Part shown: positions 43,040-56,759 of the stretch, one piece after another
Layout of the letters: every line of letters starts with the position of its first letter
Position numbering within the stretch: position 1 is the first letter of the stretch
NCBI RefSeq assembly: GCF_006345805.1
Contig: NC_043001.1
Location: 113,708,001 to 113,772,000 of the forward strand
Direction of reading: 5' to 3'
Length of the DNA stretch: 64,000 nt
From: Octopus sinensis
Lineage: Eukaryota
Made by a program: the position numbers and the translations under genes
Notes under the pieces: generated by a model
What the model was told of the DNA's origin: nothing
Databases searched by the model: none
What the model saw: only the letters and a program-made list of their open reading frames with translations

Positions 43040-44860
43040 AACGACAGAGAAAAAAAAGAACGTTCGCACGGAAAATGCCAACGTGAAATTCGGTGAAAGG
43101 AACGCTGCAACCACGTGCGTTAACAGCCCTGTCACCACCGCCACCACCCACCACTAACAACAGCAACCACGAGACAACAACTGCTACCACCACCACCTCC
43201 ACCACCACCACCACCACTACCACGACCACATAAATGATAAAAATAAAACTGAAACGAAAACTATTGACAAAAACAACAGCAACAACAAGAACAACAATAA
43301 AAATGAACTATCTAATAGTGAAGATGCCAATACAAAAAAGTCAACAACAGTAAATTTCGCAGATATTCTTCGCCAGAAAAAGGAGATTGTTACATTCACA
43401 AATGAAGAGCTCATAGAAACAAGAGCTCTCTTTACAACCGTGGACAAGATTTAGTCCTGCATACACCTCAACATATAAAACAAGAAATAGAAAATAAGAC
43501 AATTGTATATAAAATTATTAGAAAAAAAAAAAACCAAATGAACAGATTACAAAAACTGATGTGGAGAAATGTTTAAAAAACATAATGAAAGAAAAAGAGT
43601 ATATAAACTGGGGTCCCCAGTTTAACACAGTAGTGGTCCGCTTCCCTAACCAGGAAGTGGCAAAAGCTCACTCTACTGAGTCTCTGGGAAATGATGAAAT
43701 CATCATGGTCCCTTATTATAAAAACCAGAGGGTGAGTAGAATTACTATCAGAAATGTACCCCCGATATGCCGAACAAATGGATAACAGGGGCAATCTGTT
43801 ACCACTTGAAAAAGATCAATATTCTAGAAACAGCCGTGTACCTAAACGACAATTGGGGTGGAAAAACAGTAGTAGTGACCATCCAGATTGAGGGGGCCTC
43901 TATCGAGAGCCTACCCGACAAGATATACTTGGAGAATGGGCAATGCCTATATGTTATGGCAGAAGGCAAAAAGCCTAGATGCTACAAATGTGGCAGCCCC
44001 GAACATTTGATTGCCAAGTGCGATCTGGTACAGAAAAAACAAGAAAGAACAATTCAGAAAACAAATAAAATCCCTTTGTTGCCAACACCAACACCAACAC
44101 ACTCAATTATGGAACAACGCCAAGAAAAACAACAAACCAGCAAACAAACCCCAACAACATCACCAAGAAAAACAGTACCAACACAATCACCGTTGACGTC
44201 ACAACCAATTAAACCTGTTGAATTAACAAAAAATAGACCCACACCCACACCCAGGACGACAATTAAAAAGACAGAAAACACTGACGAGAAGACAAATGCT
44301 ACCCCTAACACCACAACAACACAAACACCGCACAAAACATCAACAATTTATACAAGCATACATAGTAATGCAAATGTTTTGCCTCTACCCCATACTGATA
44401 CGTCGGACGACGAAAGTTCGACGGAATGGCAAATAGCCACAGGGGGTAAAAGAAAAAGATCCAAAAAATCCACCAAACAAGGAATTAAAGCAGGGAGATA
44501 TCTACTCAGGACAACATCCCCCTAGACAATCAAAAAAGTAATGAACCCGTAAAACCACACACACAACTAACTGCAATAGACACAGACAATAAAGAATTAA
44601 TGGACTACATCAAATCTAACATGGTCGTCTGTGAAGATGACTTTAAGACAAAAATCATCCGCACACCACACCACCGAAACACATCAGAATTTTACACATA
44701 ACACAAGCACAACACCACATACTGAAAACATTATTTCCGAATGCGGTAGGCGGGTATCAACGATACCTGTCGAAAAAACTATACAAACACCTCATCAAAA
44801 ACGATACAAAAGAAGAAGAAGAAAAAAATGAAACTTTTAAAATGAGTAAGTGACCTCACT
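43040..44860 (+). CDS. Tx1 copy C ORF1 (gag-like, CCHC knuckle), frameshifted in this sequence
   Basis: Track ORFs 43561-43785 and 43767-44525 with KPRCYKCGSPEHLIAKC, a Thr/Pro-rich linker and a basic GGKRKRSKK stretch. The boundaries are approximate. Confidence 0.7.
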
Positions 44861-44910
44861 TCTTGCCTCTTGTCTCTTCTAATATAGTGTGTAAAACACA
44901 ATTTTCGTAA

Positions 44911-47900
44911 ATGTCAAGTATGCTTAAATTAGGTTGTGTGAATGCGCGTGGCTTGGCGTCGGCTTGGAAGCAAGGTTACCTTCTAAACGACATCAAGTCA
45001 CTGGACGTGGATATAGTAGCTATCAGTGAAACCAGACTCAGTAAGCCGCGGGCCCTCGAGTCCATGTTTGGCAATCAATTTGACATTTATTTTTCTCCCT
45101 GTCTGCCGAACATGGGTGGTGGAGGTACTGCGGTGCTTTTTCGAAAGAGTCTAAAGGTAAAAGTAAGAGCAATATTCCTAGACCCGGAGGGTAGGCTGGT
45201 TGTCTTGGACGTGGATGGCAGAAATGGGTGTGCATTCCGTCTGATGGCAGTTTATGCACCGTCCTTAACGGGTCGGGCGGATTTCTTCAGACGTCTAGAG
45301 GTTTTCCTGGGTACGTCTAGACCTTTACTGTTAGTAGGGGATTGGAACGCTACCTTGGACACGCATCTAGATTATGTGGGAAGGGATAGGAATAGAAGGG
45401 GGTGTAAGAGCCTCAAAGACCTGCTCAGACGTTTCCATTTGTCTGACAGGTTCCGACTCGACCATCCGAACGTGCCAACGTGGACTTGGACAAACCGCGT
45501 CGGATCGTCGAGATCTTATCTAGATAGAATTCTATGCAGGACAGCGGATAGGGATAGTGTAGGATGTCCACAATTTAAAATAGTCAGCTACACAGATCAC
45601 AAATTTGTTACGTGTACGCTCGACTTAGATAAAACACATAGGCAGGGTCCCGGTTACTGGAAACTGAACACGTCGCTGTTAGCGCGACAGGTTTACAGGA
45701 ACCGGATTAGCGAGTTAATTAAGAGGGCGCTGACGGGAGCGGTCGTTAACAACCGCTGGTGGTACGCCCTGAAAATGGCAATAAAATCGGAATCAATTAG
45801 GTTTAGCAAGGAATTAGCGATAGAACGAAATAGAGTAGAGGGAGACTTAGTTAAGAAACTAGAAGAGGCACTTACCACTGGCAGCGCAACCAACGTGCTG
45901 GCTGCGAGGATGGCCCTCGACCAACACCTCAACGCCAAGCACGAAGGTTGCGTCGTCAGAGCTAAAATGCGTGCCTTAAGGAACGAAGGGATTGAAGCTG
46001 CGCGAGAGGCCGGGTAGCGGAGGCGCAGCGTGGCAACAGATCAACCATTCGGTCTCTAATAGATCAACAGGGATGCAATTTACTCGAACCCGAAAGGATG
46101 TGTGAGGCCTTTCAACAGCACTTTGCTCGACTGTTTGGTGCGAGTGGTGGGTCGGAACGAGGGATGGATTTCAGTGCCTACCTGACCGACCTGCCGCGGC
46201 TCTCGGCAAGAGAAGCGGAGTGTTGTGAAAGTCCCATCACAACCGCTGACGTGTGGGATGCGATGGCGGGCTGCGCGAGGGATAAGTCGCCTGGATTGGA
46301 TGGTTTACCCTACGAGCTGTATTGTCGAATGCCAGACTTGTTTGGCGACCTCTTGGCATCAGTCTACTGGCAACAAAACGGGAGAATCCCCGGTTTCGTG
46401 AGCCGAGGTGCAGTGACGTTGCTGAAGAAAGACTCAAACAAGGGGAATTTTATAGATAATTTCAGGCCCATCACTCTGCTCAACGCAGATTTGAAAATTT
46501 TGGCCAAAGTAATAGCCGAGAGGTTGGCGCTTGTCATTGGTAAACTGGTCGACAGGGCGCAAACATGCGCCGTGCCGGGCAGAACCATACATGACAACCT
46601 CCATCTGATGCGCTACATTGTGGACAGGGTAGTTAAGGATCCTGGCATGGGTGGGGCGCTGATAAATTTGGATCAGTCTAAAGCCTTCGATAGGGTCGAC
46701 CATCGGTACTTGGCGGCCGTCCTCAGGGCGGCTGGCTTCGGTCCCGTCTTCCGCGGTTGGATCGCTGCCTTGTATAGCGGCATCCGATCGGTGATTCGGG
46801 TGAACGGTCACCTGTCTAAAACCGTTTGACATCACGCGTTCGGTCCGTCAGGGGTGTCCCCTGTCGGCGCTTCTGTATGTATTGACTCTCGAGCCGCTAC
46901 TGCGGAAGCTGGCGACACTGAGGGGCATCCCACGGGAACTGGGTTGCGGGACGAGCGTGTGTCGGCATATGCGGACGATGTCACCGTCATAGTGTCGAGC
47001 TACCAGCACATCGAGCTGGCCGGCGAGACACTAAGAAAATATGAACGGTGACGGTGACGGGAGCAAAGATTAACCCGGAAAAGTCAGTGGGTTTGCTACT
47101 CGGCACCTGGAGAAGCAAGCCCATGCCGTCCGACTGCGGCTCAGTAGTGGGACGCTGGACGGACGGACCGGTTAAATTGCTCGGGGTCTGGTTCAGTCCG
47201 GACCTCCAAATGGATAAGAACTGGGACGAGATCACGAGTAGAGTGGTCGCTCTCAGCCAAACATGGGCCGAGAGAAAGCTGTCTCTAAAAGGCCGGGCGG
47301 AGGTGGCGAACGCGTACATCGCATCCGTCATCGATTACCGCCTGACCGTCGTACCTTGTCCCGACGCCACCATCACCAAACTGGAACGCATACTCTTCCG
47401 CTTCCTGTGGAAGGGTGGCGTTCCGATGTGGTGAGGAAGTCCATTTGCTGTCAACATCCGTTGAATGGAGGACTGGGCATGCCGTGGTTGATGATGCGCA
47501 GGCATGCGCTGAGACTGCGACATCTCTGGAAATTCATCGACGACGGTGAACAGGTGGGGCGCCGTTTGTGAGGCGCGACTTCCCGCAGCTCGTCTCACTG
47601 ACCGAACTGCAAACGTGGATCAAAAGAGACCGAAACTGGGCGATTGGCACCGAGAGTGTCGCCAAGCTCTACAGCAGCTCTGCCGACCGGGGTCAACTTG
47701 TGCAACTTCAAACGACTAAAGCGTTCTATAGAGGACTAGTGGAGGGGAGGTCCGACGACACACTCGGGGGCAAACCTGGGCGTCGACGAGAATTCCTAAC
47801 CCGCCTGTTCAGGACGACGTTCGGGCCGGGGCCTATGGATAACTTCCAGAAATCCCTGGCTTGGCAGTGCTATCGAGACGCACTACCTGTTCGAGAGAAG

Positions 47901-48359
47901 AGCTACAGACACGGTTCGAAAACCATCACCGGACCGACCTGCCCGAGATGCGGTCAGAGCGACGAAACCGTTCTGCACGCACTCGTGCAGTGTTCAGATA
48001 TTTCAGAGCTGTGGTCCTTCGTCGAACAGCTGTTGTCACGTGTAGGTCAGGCTCGCCTATCGGCCGAGTCTATCGTGTATATTGTTCCACCACCTTCCTT
48101 TAAACGGGAACGGAAAACGGTTTTCGTTACGCTGATGGCTATGGCGAAAGAATGTGTGTGGTGGACGCGTTTGAAAGGACTGCAAACAAACACCTTCCTC
48201 TCTGGTCAGTCTCTCGTCAACTTTTTCAAGTACCACTTGAAAAGGAGGATGAGAATAGAGAGGAAGGCTTTGTCGAACGAATGTTTTAATAAAAAGTGGG
48301 TAAAAGTGGCAAAAATGGTCAGTATGAAAGACGACACTATTTTAAGCATAAATCTGTAA
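44911..48359 (+). CDS. Tx1 copy C ORF2 (APE endonuclease + reverse transcriptase), frameshifted in this sequence
   Basis: Track ORFs 44911-46017, 46098-46829, 47048-47434 and 47568-48359 carry the same APE/RT motifs as copy B (SPGLDGLPYELY, LDQSKAFDRVDH, YADDVT). Confidence 0.93.
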
Positions 48360-48685
48360 CCAAAAGAGACAACGAGAAGTAAGGCGACTTACTCATGTGT
48401 TCTTTTTCAAATTGCCTGAGGTGACCTTGGTCTTTTTGTAGGTTTTTCTTTCCAAGACTACACCTAAACTGTGAACCTTAATATATATATATATTGCTTT
48501 TTTATACACCCACAACCCACAGATCCCTATTGATCAAACGTTTTTTTTTTTTTTTTTTTTTTTCTTCTTGCCCCACCCATCCCACCTCGAAAAGAAAAAA
48601 TTCTACATTGTATTTCGTCCATTTTTATTCTGTGTTTAGCCCTGTGTGGCTACAATAAAAAGTTTTCTATCTATCTATCTGTCTG

Positions 48686-48764
<79 letters not shown>

Positions 48765-48840
48765 GTCTATCTATCTATCTATCTGTCTGTCTATCTATCT
48801 ATCTGTCTGTCTATCTATCTATCTGTCTATCTATCTATCT

Positions 48841-50801
48841 GTAAATGGACATCTATCGAGACCTTTCGACATTGCACGTTCGGTCCGTCAGGGATGCCCC
48901 CTCTCGGCGCTTCTATACGTATTGACTCTTGAGCCACTACTGCGGAAGCTGGCGACTCTAAGGGGCATCCCGCGAGAATTGGGATGCGGGACGAGCGTGT
49001 CAGCATACGCGGACGACGTCACCGTCATTGTGTCTAGCCACGAGCACATCGAGCTGGTCGGCGAGACACTGAAAAACTACGAAGCGGTGACAGGAGCGAA
49101 GAAATCAACCGGGAAAAGTCAGTGGGCTTGCGACTAGGCACCTGGAGAAGCAAGCCCATGCCGTCCACCAGCGCCTCCGTCGTGGGACGCTGGACCGACG
49201 CCGGTTGAGTTGCTCGGGGTCTGGTTTGGTCCGGACCTCCAAGTGGAGAAGAACTGGAACGAGATACGAGTAGGGTGGTCACTCTCGCCCGGCAATGGCC
49301 GAGAGGAAACTGTCCCTAAAAGGTCGAGCGGAGGTGGCGAACACGTACATCGCGTCCGTCATCTACTACCGCCTGACCGTCGTACCTTGTCCCGACCCTA
49401 CCATCACCAAACTACAACGCATCCTCTTTCGCTTCTTGTGGAAAGGATGCGTCCCGATGGTCAGGCGATCCATTTGCTGTCAACACCCGTTAAAAGGAGG
49501 GCTGGGCATGCCGTGGTTGATGATGCGCAGACACACGCGGAGACTGCGACATCTCTGGCTCTATGTAGACGACGGGTGAACAGGTGTGGTCGCCGTTTGT
49601 GAGGCACGCTTTCCCGCAGCTCGTCTCCATGACCGAACTGCAGTCGTGGATCAAAAAGAGGCCGAGGAAGGGCGAATGGCACCGCGAGTGTCACGTTGCT
49701 CTCAAGCAACTCTGCCGTCCTGGGTCGACCTTAAGTGACTTCAACACAACCAAAGCATTCTATAGGGGTTTTAGTGGAGGGGAGGTACGACGACGAGCTC
49801 GAGGCGAACCTGGACGTCGACGAGGAGTACCTGACCCGCCTGTTCGGGACGACTTTCGGGCCAGGGCCCATGGACAACTTCCAGAGATCCCTGGCCTGGC
49901 AGTGCTACCGAGAAGCGCTACCCGTTCGGGATAAGCTCTACAGACACGGCTCGAGAAACACGGGGCCGACCTGCCCGAGATGCGGTCAGAGCGACGAAAC
50001 CGTTCTGCACGCACTCGTTCAGTGTCCAACAATTTCCGACCTGTGGGCTTATGTCGAACAACTGCTGTCACGTGTGGGACGAGTCGGTTTATCAGCTGAG
50101 TCTATCGTCAATATTGTCACGCCTCCTTCCTTCAAACGGGAAGGAAGAGCTATTTTCATCATCCTTGTGGCTATGGCGAAAGAATGTATCTGGTGGACGC
50201 GTCTGAAAGGATTGGAGACAAACACTTTCCTCTCTGGTCAATCTCTCATCAACTTCTTCAAGTACCACTTGAAAAGGAAAGTGAGAGTAGAGAGGCAAGT
50301 TTTGTCTAGCGAATGTTTTAAAAAAAGATGGGTGAATTTAGCAAGAATGGCACGTATGAATGACGAAGCCACCTTGAGCATAGTCCTATGAACCCAGAAA
50401 TCGAAAACAGAGAGTTGCTTATTTGCAAAAAAAAAAAAAAAAAAAAGAAATATAAAATGTGACTTCATTGACCGAGGTTCCGTGGTCTTTTCCGTAGGCT
50501 TTTCTTTCCACGGGTAAACCTCACCTGTCCTCCCCTTTACACTTCATATTGACATTTCTGTGATAACGATCCCTATTGATCAATTTTTTTTTTCCTCTCC
50601 CCCCTTTTTTTTTTTTTTTTTTTAATTTTTTTTTAACCCCCCCTTTTTTTTGTCCTCTTTCTCTCCTTTTACGATCCCTTTTGATCGAAACTCCCCTTCC
50701 CTTTTTTTTTTTTTTTTTTTTTTTTTTAAACCTTCAAAAGAAAAGCTCTACCTTAATTTGTTCTATCTGTGTGCAAGCCCTGGGTGGCTAATAAAGAAAC
50801 A
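48841..50801 (+). mobile_element. Tx1-clade LINE copy D, 5'-truncated within RT
   Basis: Starts at [22 protein letters not shown] directly after TATC; YADDVT; ORF2 stop at 50391; AATAAA at 50790; same subfamily as copy A. Confidence 0.93.
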
Positions 50802-50834
<33 letters not shown>

Positions 50835-50864
50835 GTCTATCTATCTATCTATCTGTCTGTTGCT

Positions 50865-50919
<55 letters not shown>

Positions 50920-50936
50920 GTCTGTCTGTCTGTCTA

Positions 50937-50968
<32 letters not shown>

Positions 50969-51000
50969 TATATCTATCTATCTATCTATCTATCTGTCTG

Positions 51001-51067
<67 letters not shown>

Positions 51068-51096
51068 GTCTGTCTGTCTGTCTATCTATCTGTCTG

Positions 51097-51150
<54 letters not shown>
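50802..51150. repeat. (TATC)n/(TGTC)n microsatellite; 3' flank of the Tx1 array
   Basis: Direct reading. Equivalent spacers lie at 36485-36702, 42616-42772 and 48666-48840. Confidence 0.95.
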
Positions 51151-51175
<25 letters not shown>

Positions 51176-51304
51176 GTCTGTCTTTCTTCAGTCTCACTTT
51201 CTCTCTGTTTCTTATGAATGTATACACGCACTCATAAATGTACTAAATACAGGTATTCATGAATATTATATATATTATGTGTATTATACATATATATAGT
51301 TGAC

Positions 51305-51362
<58 letters not shown>

Positions 51363-51417
51363 GTATATACTAATATATATATATATATATCTACTCATAT
51401 ATATATACACATTTACA

Positions 51418-51466
<49 letters not shown>

Positions 51467-52254
51467 ATACTCATATATATATACCCATTTACATTTTACA
51501 TTATATATATATATATATACACACGTATATACTAATATATATATATATACTCATATACATATACACATTTACACTATATACTAATATATATATATACTCA
51601 TATATATATACACATTTACACATCTATGTATATATATATATATGTGTATATGTAAGCATGTATGCATATACGTACATTCGTATGATTGTATGTATATACG
51701 TTAGTACGTATGTATGTATGCATGCATGTATGTGTGTATGTATGTGTGTGTGTATGTATGTATGTGTGTATGTATGTATGTATGTATGTATGTGTGTATG
51801 TATGTATGTATGTATGTATGTATGTACGCATTGCTTCAAGTCTAGTCTCAGAAACCCAGCGGCAAAACTGTCGTCCTTTGTGATACGTGTTTCTGTGCGT
51901 GTGTGCGCACGCGCACATTTGTAGGTGTGTATGTGTGGTGGCGGCGGGGGCGAGCCAAGGGAAAACAGGGGTGCGCGCGCAAGCGATTTCATGTTTGTGT
52001 CAGTGCCGTTTTGGTATGGTGATAGTTACATTTCTAATACTATTATCTTCGAAATAAGGAGATGAAAAGGACGTTAAAGGAATGCTGGCAATGTAAGTAT
52101 ACACTCCCTGAATTGAGACATTATGTCTCAATAACTTGATGTTTTGAAATCAAATCATGTTCTTGTTAACGGTGTTTAAGAAATAACATTTAAGATACTA
52201 AAACATATCATAACCATGTTATTCTTGTATTTATTTCAGGCATTTGTCAGCGGC

Positions 52255-52545
52255 CCAGTTGGAGCACCGTCTTTAGTCGAACAAATCGACCCCAGAATTT
52301 ATTCTTTGTAAGTTTAGTAATTATTCTATCAGTCACTTTGCCGAGCCGCTAGATTACGGGGACGTAAACACACCGAGATTGGTTGTCAAGCGAGGTTGGG
52401 GTGGGGGAAGAAAACACACAGAGACACAGACACGACGGGCTTCTTTCAGTTTTGTCGACCAAATCCACTCAGAAATTCTTTGGTCAAGCGCAGGCTGTAG
52501 TAGAAGACACCTGCCCAAGGTGCCAGGCAGTGGGACTGAGCCCGT
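52255..52545 (-). mobile_element. SINE family B copy
   Basis: Reverse complement of 62130-62440 (ggagcaccg..tttagtcga..aatcgacccc; ggggacgtaaacacacc; gacac(c/t)tgcccaaggtgcca). A separate head fragment lies at 52770-52822. Confidence 0.85.
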
Positions 52546-52699
52546 TCACAATATTCATGAGTGTGTGTATGTATGTATGCGTCTGTCTGTGTGCGTGTGG
52601 GATTATGTGTGTATCTTCTGTGTATCGTTACAAGATGCATTCACCTGTGTTAACTACCCAGAGTGTATGATATAAAAATCAACACATTGAGGAGCCAAT

Positions 52700-52747
<48 letters not shown>

Positions 52748-52819
52748 CAACGTAACCAAACACCCATTACCTACACCCGGAACCATGTGGTTGGGAAGCA
52801 AGCTTCTTAGCACACAGCC

Positions 52820-52879
<60 letters not shown>

Positions 52880-53113
52880 ATGTATGTATGGATGGATGGA
52901 TGTGTGTGTGTGTGTAAAAGTTTTGGGGAAATTATCTGATACAGTTTTACCAATTAAAAAAAAAAGAATTCTTGTAAGAATGTAAATTCTTTATCAGAAT
53001 GTCACTAACCTTTTTGGAAGAAGTTTCTTTCTATCGTGTGTGAACGCTCTCGATTATCGTTTCAAACACACGCACACATATACACTTACACGAATATATA
53101 GACACACACACAC

Positions 53114-53155
<42 letters not shown>

Positions 53156-53724
53156 GACCGTAAGAAGTCAGGAGGTATTAGAAGTGAATATATTTAACCA
53201 TTTATCATCATTAGGGTTACAGCCGTTTCGTACTTTCTTCGTGTAATCAGTTTCTGTGTATTTGTAACTTTGCTTACATGTCTGCGCTAATATGCATGTT
53301 AAGCATTATGCAATACAAATTTATATTTACAAATCAATGCAGATAAAGAAATCTAGTCCATCAAATCACTAGAACATCATAGTTATATCAAGAAAAATAA
53401 CTTCGGCTAAGAATCCTGGAACGAATTTTCGTAGCACTATTTACTTTTTTGAGAGAATGGTGTTCATGTTAATAAACACCATGATTCTATGCAGAGATTA
53501 TCGATAAAATCTTTGAATGACCAAATGACAGACAGATGTTACTTTAGTTAATGTGATGTATGGCACATCATCCATAGTTACCGACGTAAGTCAGCAGTAG
53601 AAGAAATGAGAGGTTGGTAGTTTGTATCCTTTCCCATGCTCCCATGCTCCCACAGTTAAGAAATTTTTATCAAGGCCTACCATTGGTACAATATCTGAAA
53701 TATGGTTAAGAAGGGACTAGTTGC

Positions 53725-53870
53725 TTATATAGACCCTAGTGCTACGGTCCCTGAAACGATGGAAATACAGAAGTTGACCTCAGTGGAATTTGAAAACAGA
53801 ATGTAAAGACGGACGAAATGCTGCCAAGCATTTTGTCAAGCGCACTAGCGATTCCGCCAGTTTGCCATAC
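53725..53870 (-). mobile_element. Degraded SINE family A copy
   Basis: gttgacctcagtggaatttgaaaacagaatgtaaagacggacgaaatgctg..aagcattt matches the SINE-A reverse complement. Confidence 0.65.
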
Positions 53871-54621
53871 AAATCTATTAATACGGTGTAATTAACAAGT
53901 AAAATTCGCAATGTTCAGAAACCGGAAACGTGCTCAATTGCAAAAGAAATAAGACTGATCTTTCTCTCTCTTTCTCCTTCCCAATTATGTTCTCTCTCTC
54001 TATCTCTGTCTCTTTGTCTCTCTGTCTGTCTGTCTTCCTCTCTCTTCCTTCTTCCTCAACGACACAATAAGTGGAAAACTATAAAGAAAAATTTACCCAA
54101 CTTGACTTTAACTTTTAAAATTCGGTGGTCGATGGAATAAATACGAATTCATTTATATAGGAATGGATCAGGATATATTCGCATATATTCTTGGAAATAA
54201 TGTCATAGCATGGCCAGAATAAACTATGTGAGCCTGCGAATGAACAATAAAGGAATATTGCCCGTAGAACCAAGTAGACTATTGCAATAGTTTTGCGATA
54301 AGTAAATATGAATGAATTTCTTTCAATTTCAACGATGCGTATTCAAGTTGTTCGATAAAATGAAATACTTTCTCATTGAATCATGGTAGTAGTGGCTGAG
54401 TGTTCGAGATGTGTACCCTTAACACAATCCTGAGACAAAATTAATGTAATAATCTATGTATGACAAAAGCTGGCCCTTTGAATCACAGGTGCAATGGATT
54501 CAACAGGATTTTACACAATTTCCGCCTTTGAAATTGACCCCCTAAGCCGTCACAATGATGTGAAAAGGAAAAAGTACAGAATGAATACAAAGAGAAGCGT
54601 TAAGAGAAATAGAAAGAGAAG

Positions 54622-54655
<34 letters not shown>

Positions 54656-56434
54656 AAGAGACAGAGAGAGAGAGTGAGAAAAAGAGAAAGAGAAAGGGAG
54701 TAAGAGAAGCAGAAGCGGGTTTGGTAAAAATTGTGAACTGTATTAAAATTATATACATGCATGTTAGTTCGTCATATTCTCAGGGATTATATTTCATTAA
54801 TTTATTTTAAAACTCATTTAATTAAAAATTTTTGAACAAAATAAGCGATATTAATCTATCCAATATGTAATAATCTTCCAGAATAATTACTGAAGTTCTT
54901 ATAAAAGCATGAAAGGTCAGGAGAATTAATAAGTGATTAAAATAAGATACTGGAGAATCAGGGTTATGAAATATCCTCGCTCATGTAATTCCCAAACAGC
55001 TGGGAGCATTGCTTGTGTAATCGCTTTAGATAAATTTATAAGTTTATATGCATGTATACATGTATTGCATGTATTTATGTATTATTTTGCTGGGATTATT
55101 CTTAAATTTCTCAATGATCCTTCCAACTCGCCGCAGAAATCTTGTTGCTGTTTTTCTTCTCTTCTTATATTTTTCTTGGTATCATCTTACATATTTGCTT
55201 TGCGCTGCGGTTGCGATACTCAAAACAGAAACGTTGGAGAACAGAAGTACCTCAGCGATCGATCACAAAAGATTGCACCGTGGTTACGGGCAAATAGGGA
55301 GAGCTTGGTAAATAAGGACACACACACAAAAAAGGGAAAAAAATGCTAATATCAGCATTGTTAAAAGCTCTGTTCTACTGACTGATCTGATGCCCGGGGA
55401 TAATAGAGAATTGGTAAAACTTTTAAGGAGTGAAATTTGAAAGTATTTCAAAAGTCCTTGCAGTTGGAGGAAGCGAAGCAACACAATTGCTGCGGCAGGC
55501 AAATTTGGTGTGTCTTAAAAATTTGTCTCTGCTGCTTTCAGTTATGAGCGGAGCAACAAAATTTTTTATCTGAAGTGCTCACGTAAGTCTGATTGATGGG
55601 TCTGCCTCGCTTTTCCCATCTGTAAGGATTTTTTTAATCGTTTCAAGTTACACCTAGTAGAGTCTTAGTAACATTCTATCATCCAAGGAGAGCTATCAGA
55701 TCAGTCAGTAGATCAGAGCTCTTACTATGCTGACATCATCATTTTATTTTCATTTTTTGTCCCTATTCGACAAGATGTTCCTATTGTCCCGCACATCAAG
55801 TAACTAAATCAATAGAATGATAGGTCTTTACTATTGGGATCGGCTCTAAAAGCTCATAGTTTAATATTTTCAATACCTCTTTGAGCGCAACATTATGTGT
55901 GCTGTGAGGAAATATTCCCCCAGTTCTGCTCAGATAATACCTTATCTTTACAAGCATCCCAACGATTGGGCCCCAAAGCTACATGTCGTCTTCGAAAGTC
56001 GAGCTCACATCACATAAACAACAATATAATACAACTAATTTTTCACCTCAATGAGCTTTGCATTGTACAATATTATAGCGAAAGAATGAAAGAGGAAAAA
56101 TACTGCATCGCATTCAAAAGGTACCAGGAGAAATTGCGCCAAGAAATATCAGACAAACTATCGACACCAAGATACATCTGAGCAAGCAACAACACCCTAC
56201 CTGAGAGGGCTATGTTGTCTTAAAACAAATCTTGATAACAGGTGGTGTTATAGGGTTAGGCGCCAACTGGCTCAATAATGGCTCAAACATGTAAGTTGTC
56301 TACGTTAATAGAAAAATAGCCGGTCGCTGAGCCCAAATCAATCTTTTCGTTTGAATTCAAACATCAATATGTATTCATTGATAATGTATATATATATATA
56401 TATATCAAAATAAGCAACAGGATATCCAGAGGTG

Positions 56435-56522
56435 ATGCAGTACAATTGTTTCAAGCAACTCTATTTAATTGAACAATGCAACCATTACATCAATTACAAT
56501 GCAGATCTATCCTCAGCTGCAT
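56435..56522 (-). ncRNA. Type-I hammerhead-ribozyme-like fold (Penelope-type end)
   Basis: Minus strand: ATGCAG-CTGAGGA-[~55 nt, poorly paired]-GAAA-CAATTG-TA-CTGCAT. Stem I is 6 bp, the core is canonical CUGANGA, stem III is palindromic; stem II is weak. Confidence 0.5.
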
Positions 56523-56759
56523 AAATAAATAAATAAATAAATAGAATTAATTTAATCAGTCGGACATATTTGTATAATTTTACCCAAATCCTCTGAGAGG
56601 GTAAGAAGTCCATGCTGTATTCACTTCAGCTTAGAAGCTACTAAGACATCAGAAAAAACTTGTTAGAGATCGAGTTTGTCACTGATTTTTGGGTCGGTTT
56701 TAATTTATAGTCTTGTTCCTCAAATCTTTGTGTATTAAAATCTAAGACTAAAAATCATT

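Larger units (their letters stand above)
42773..48665 (+). mobile_element. Tx1-clade LINE copy C, apparently full length
   Basis: T-rich 5' UTR, ORF1, ORF2, and 3' UTR with AATAAA at 48654; (TATC)n on both sides. Confidence 0.95.

Noticed and set aside
35301-51150. CRISPR-like repeat/spacer organisation
   Set aside because: The repeats are microsatellites and the intervening DNA is retrotransposon; the context is eukaryotic, with no cas genes.
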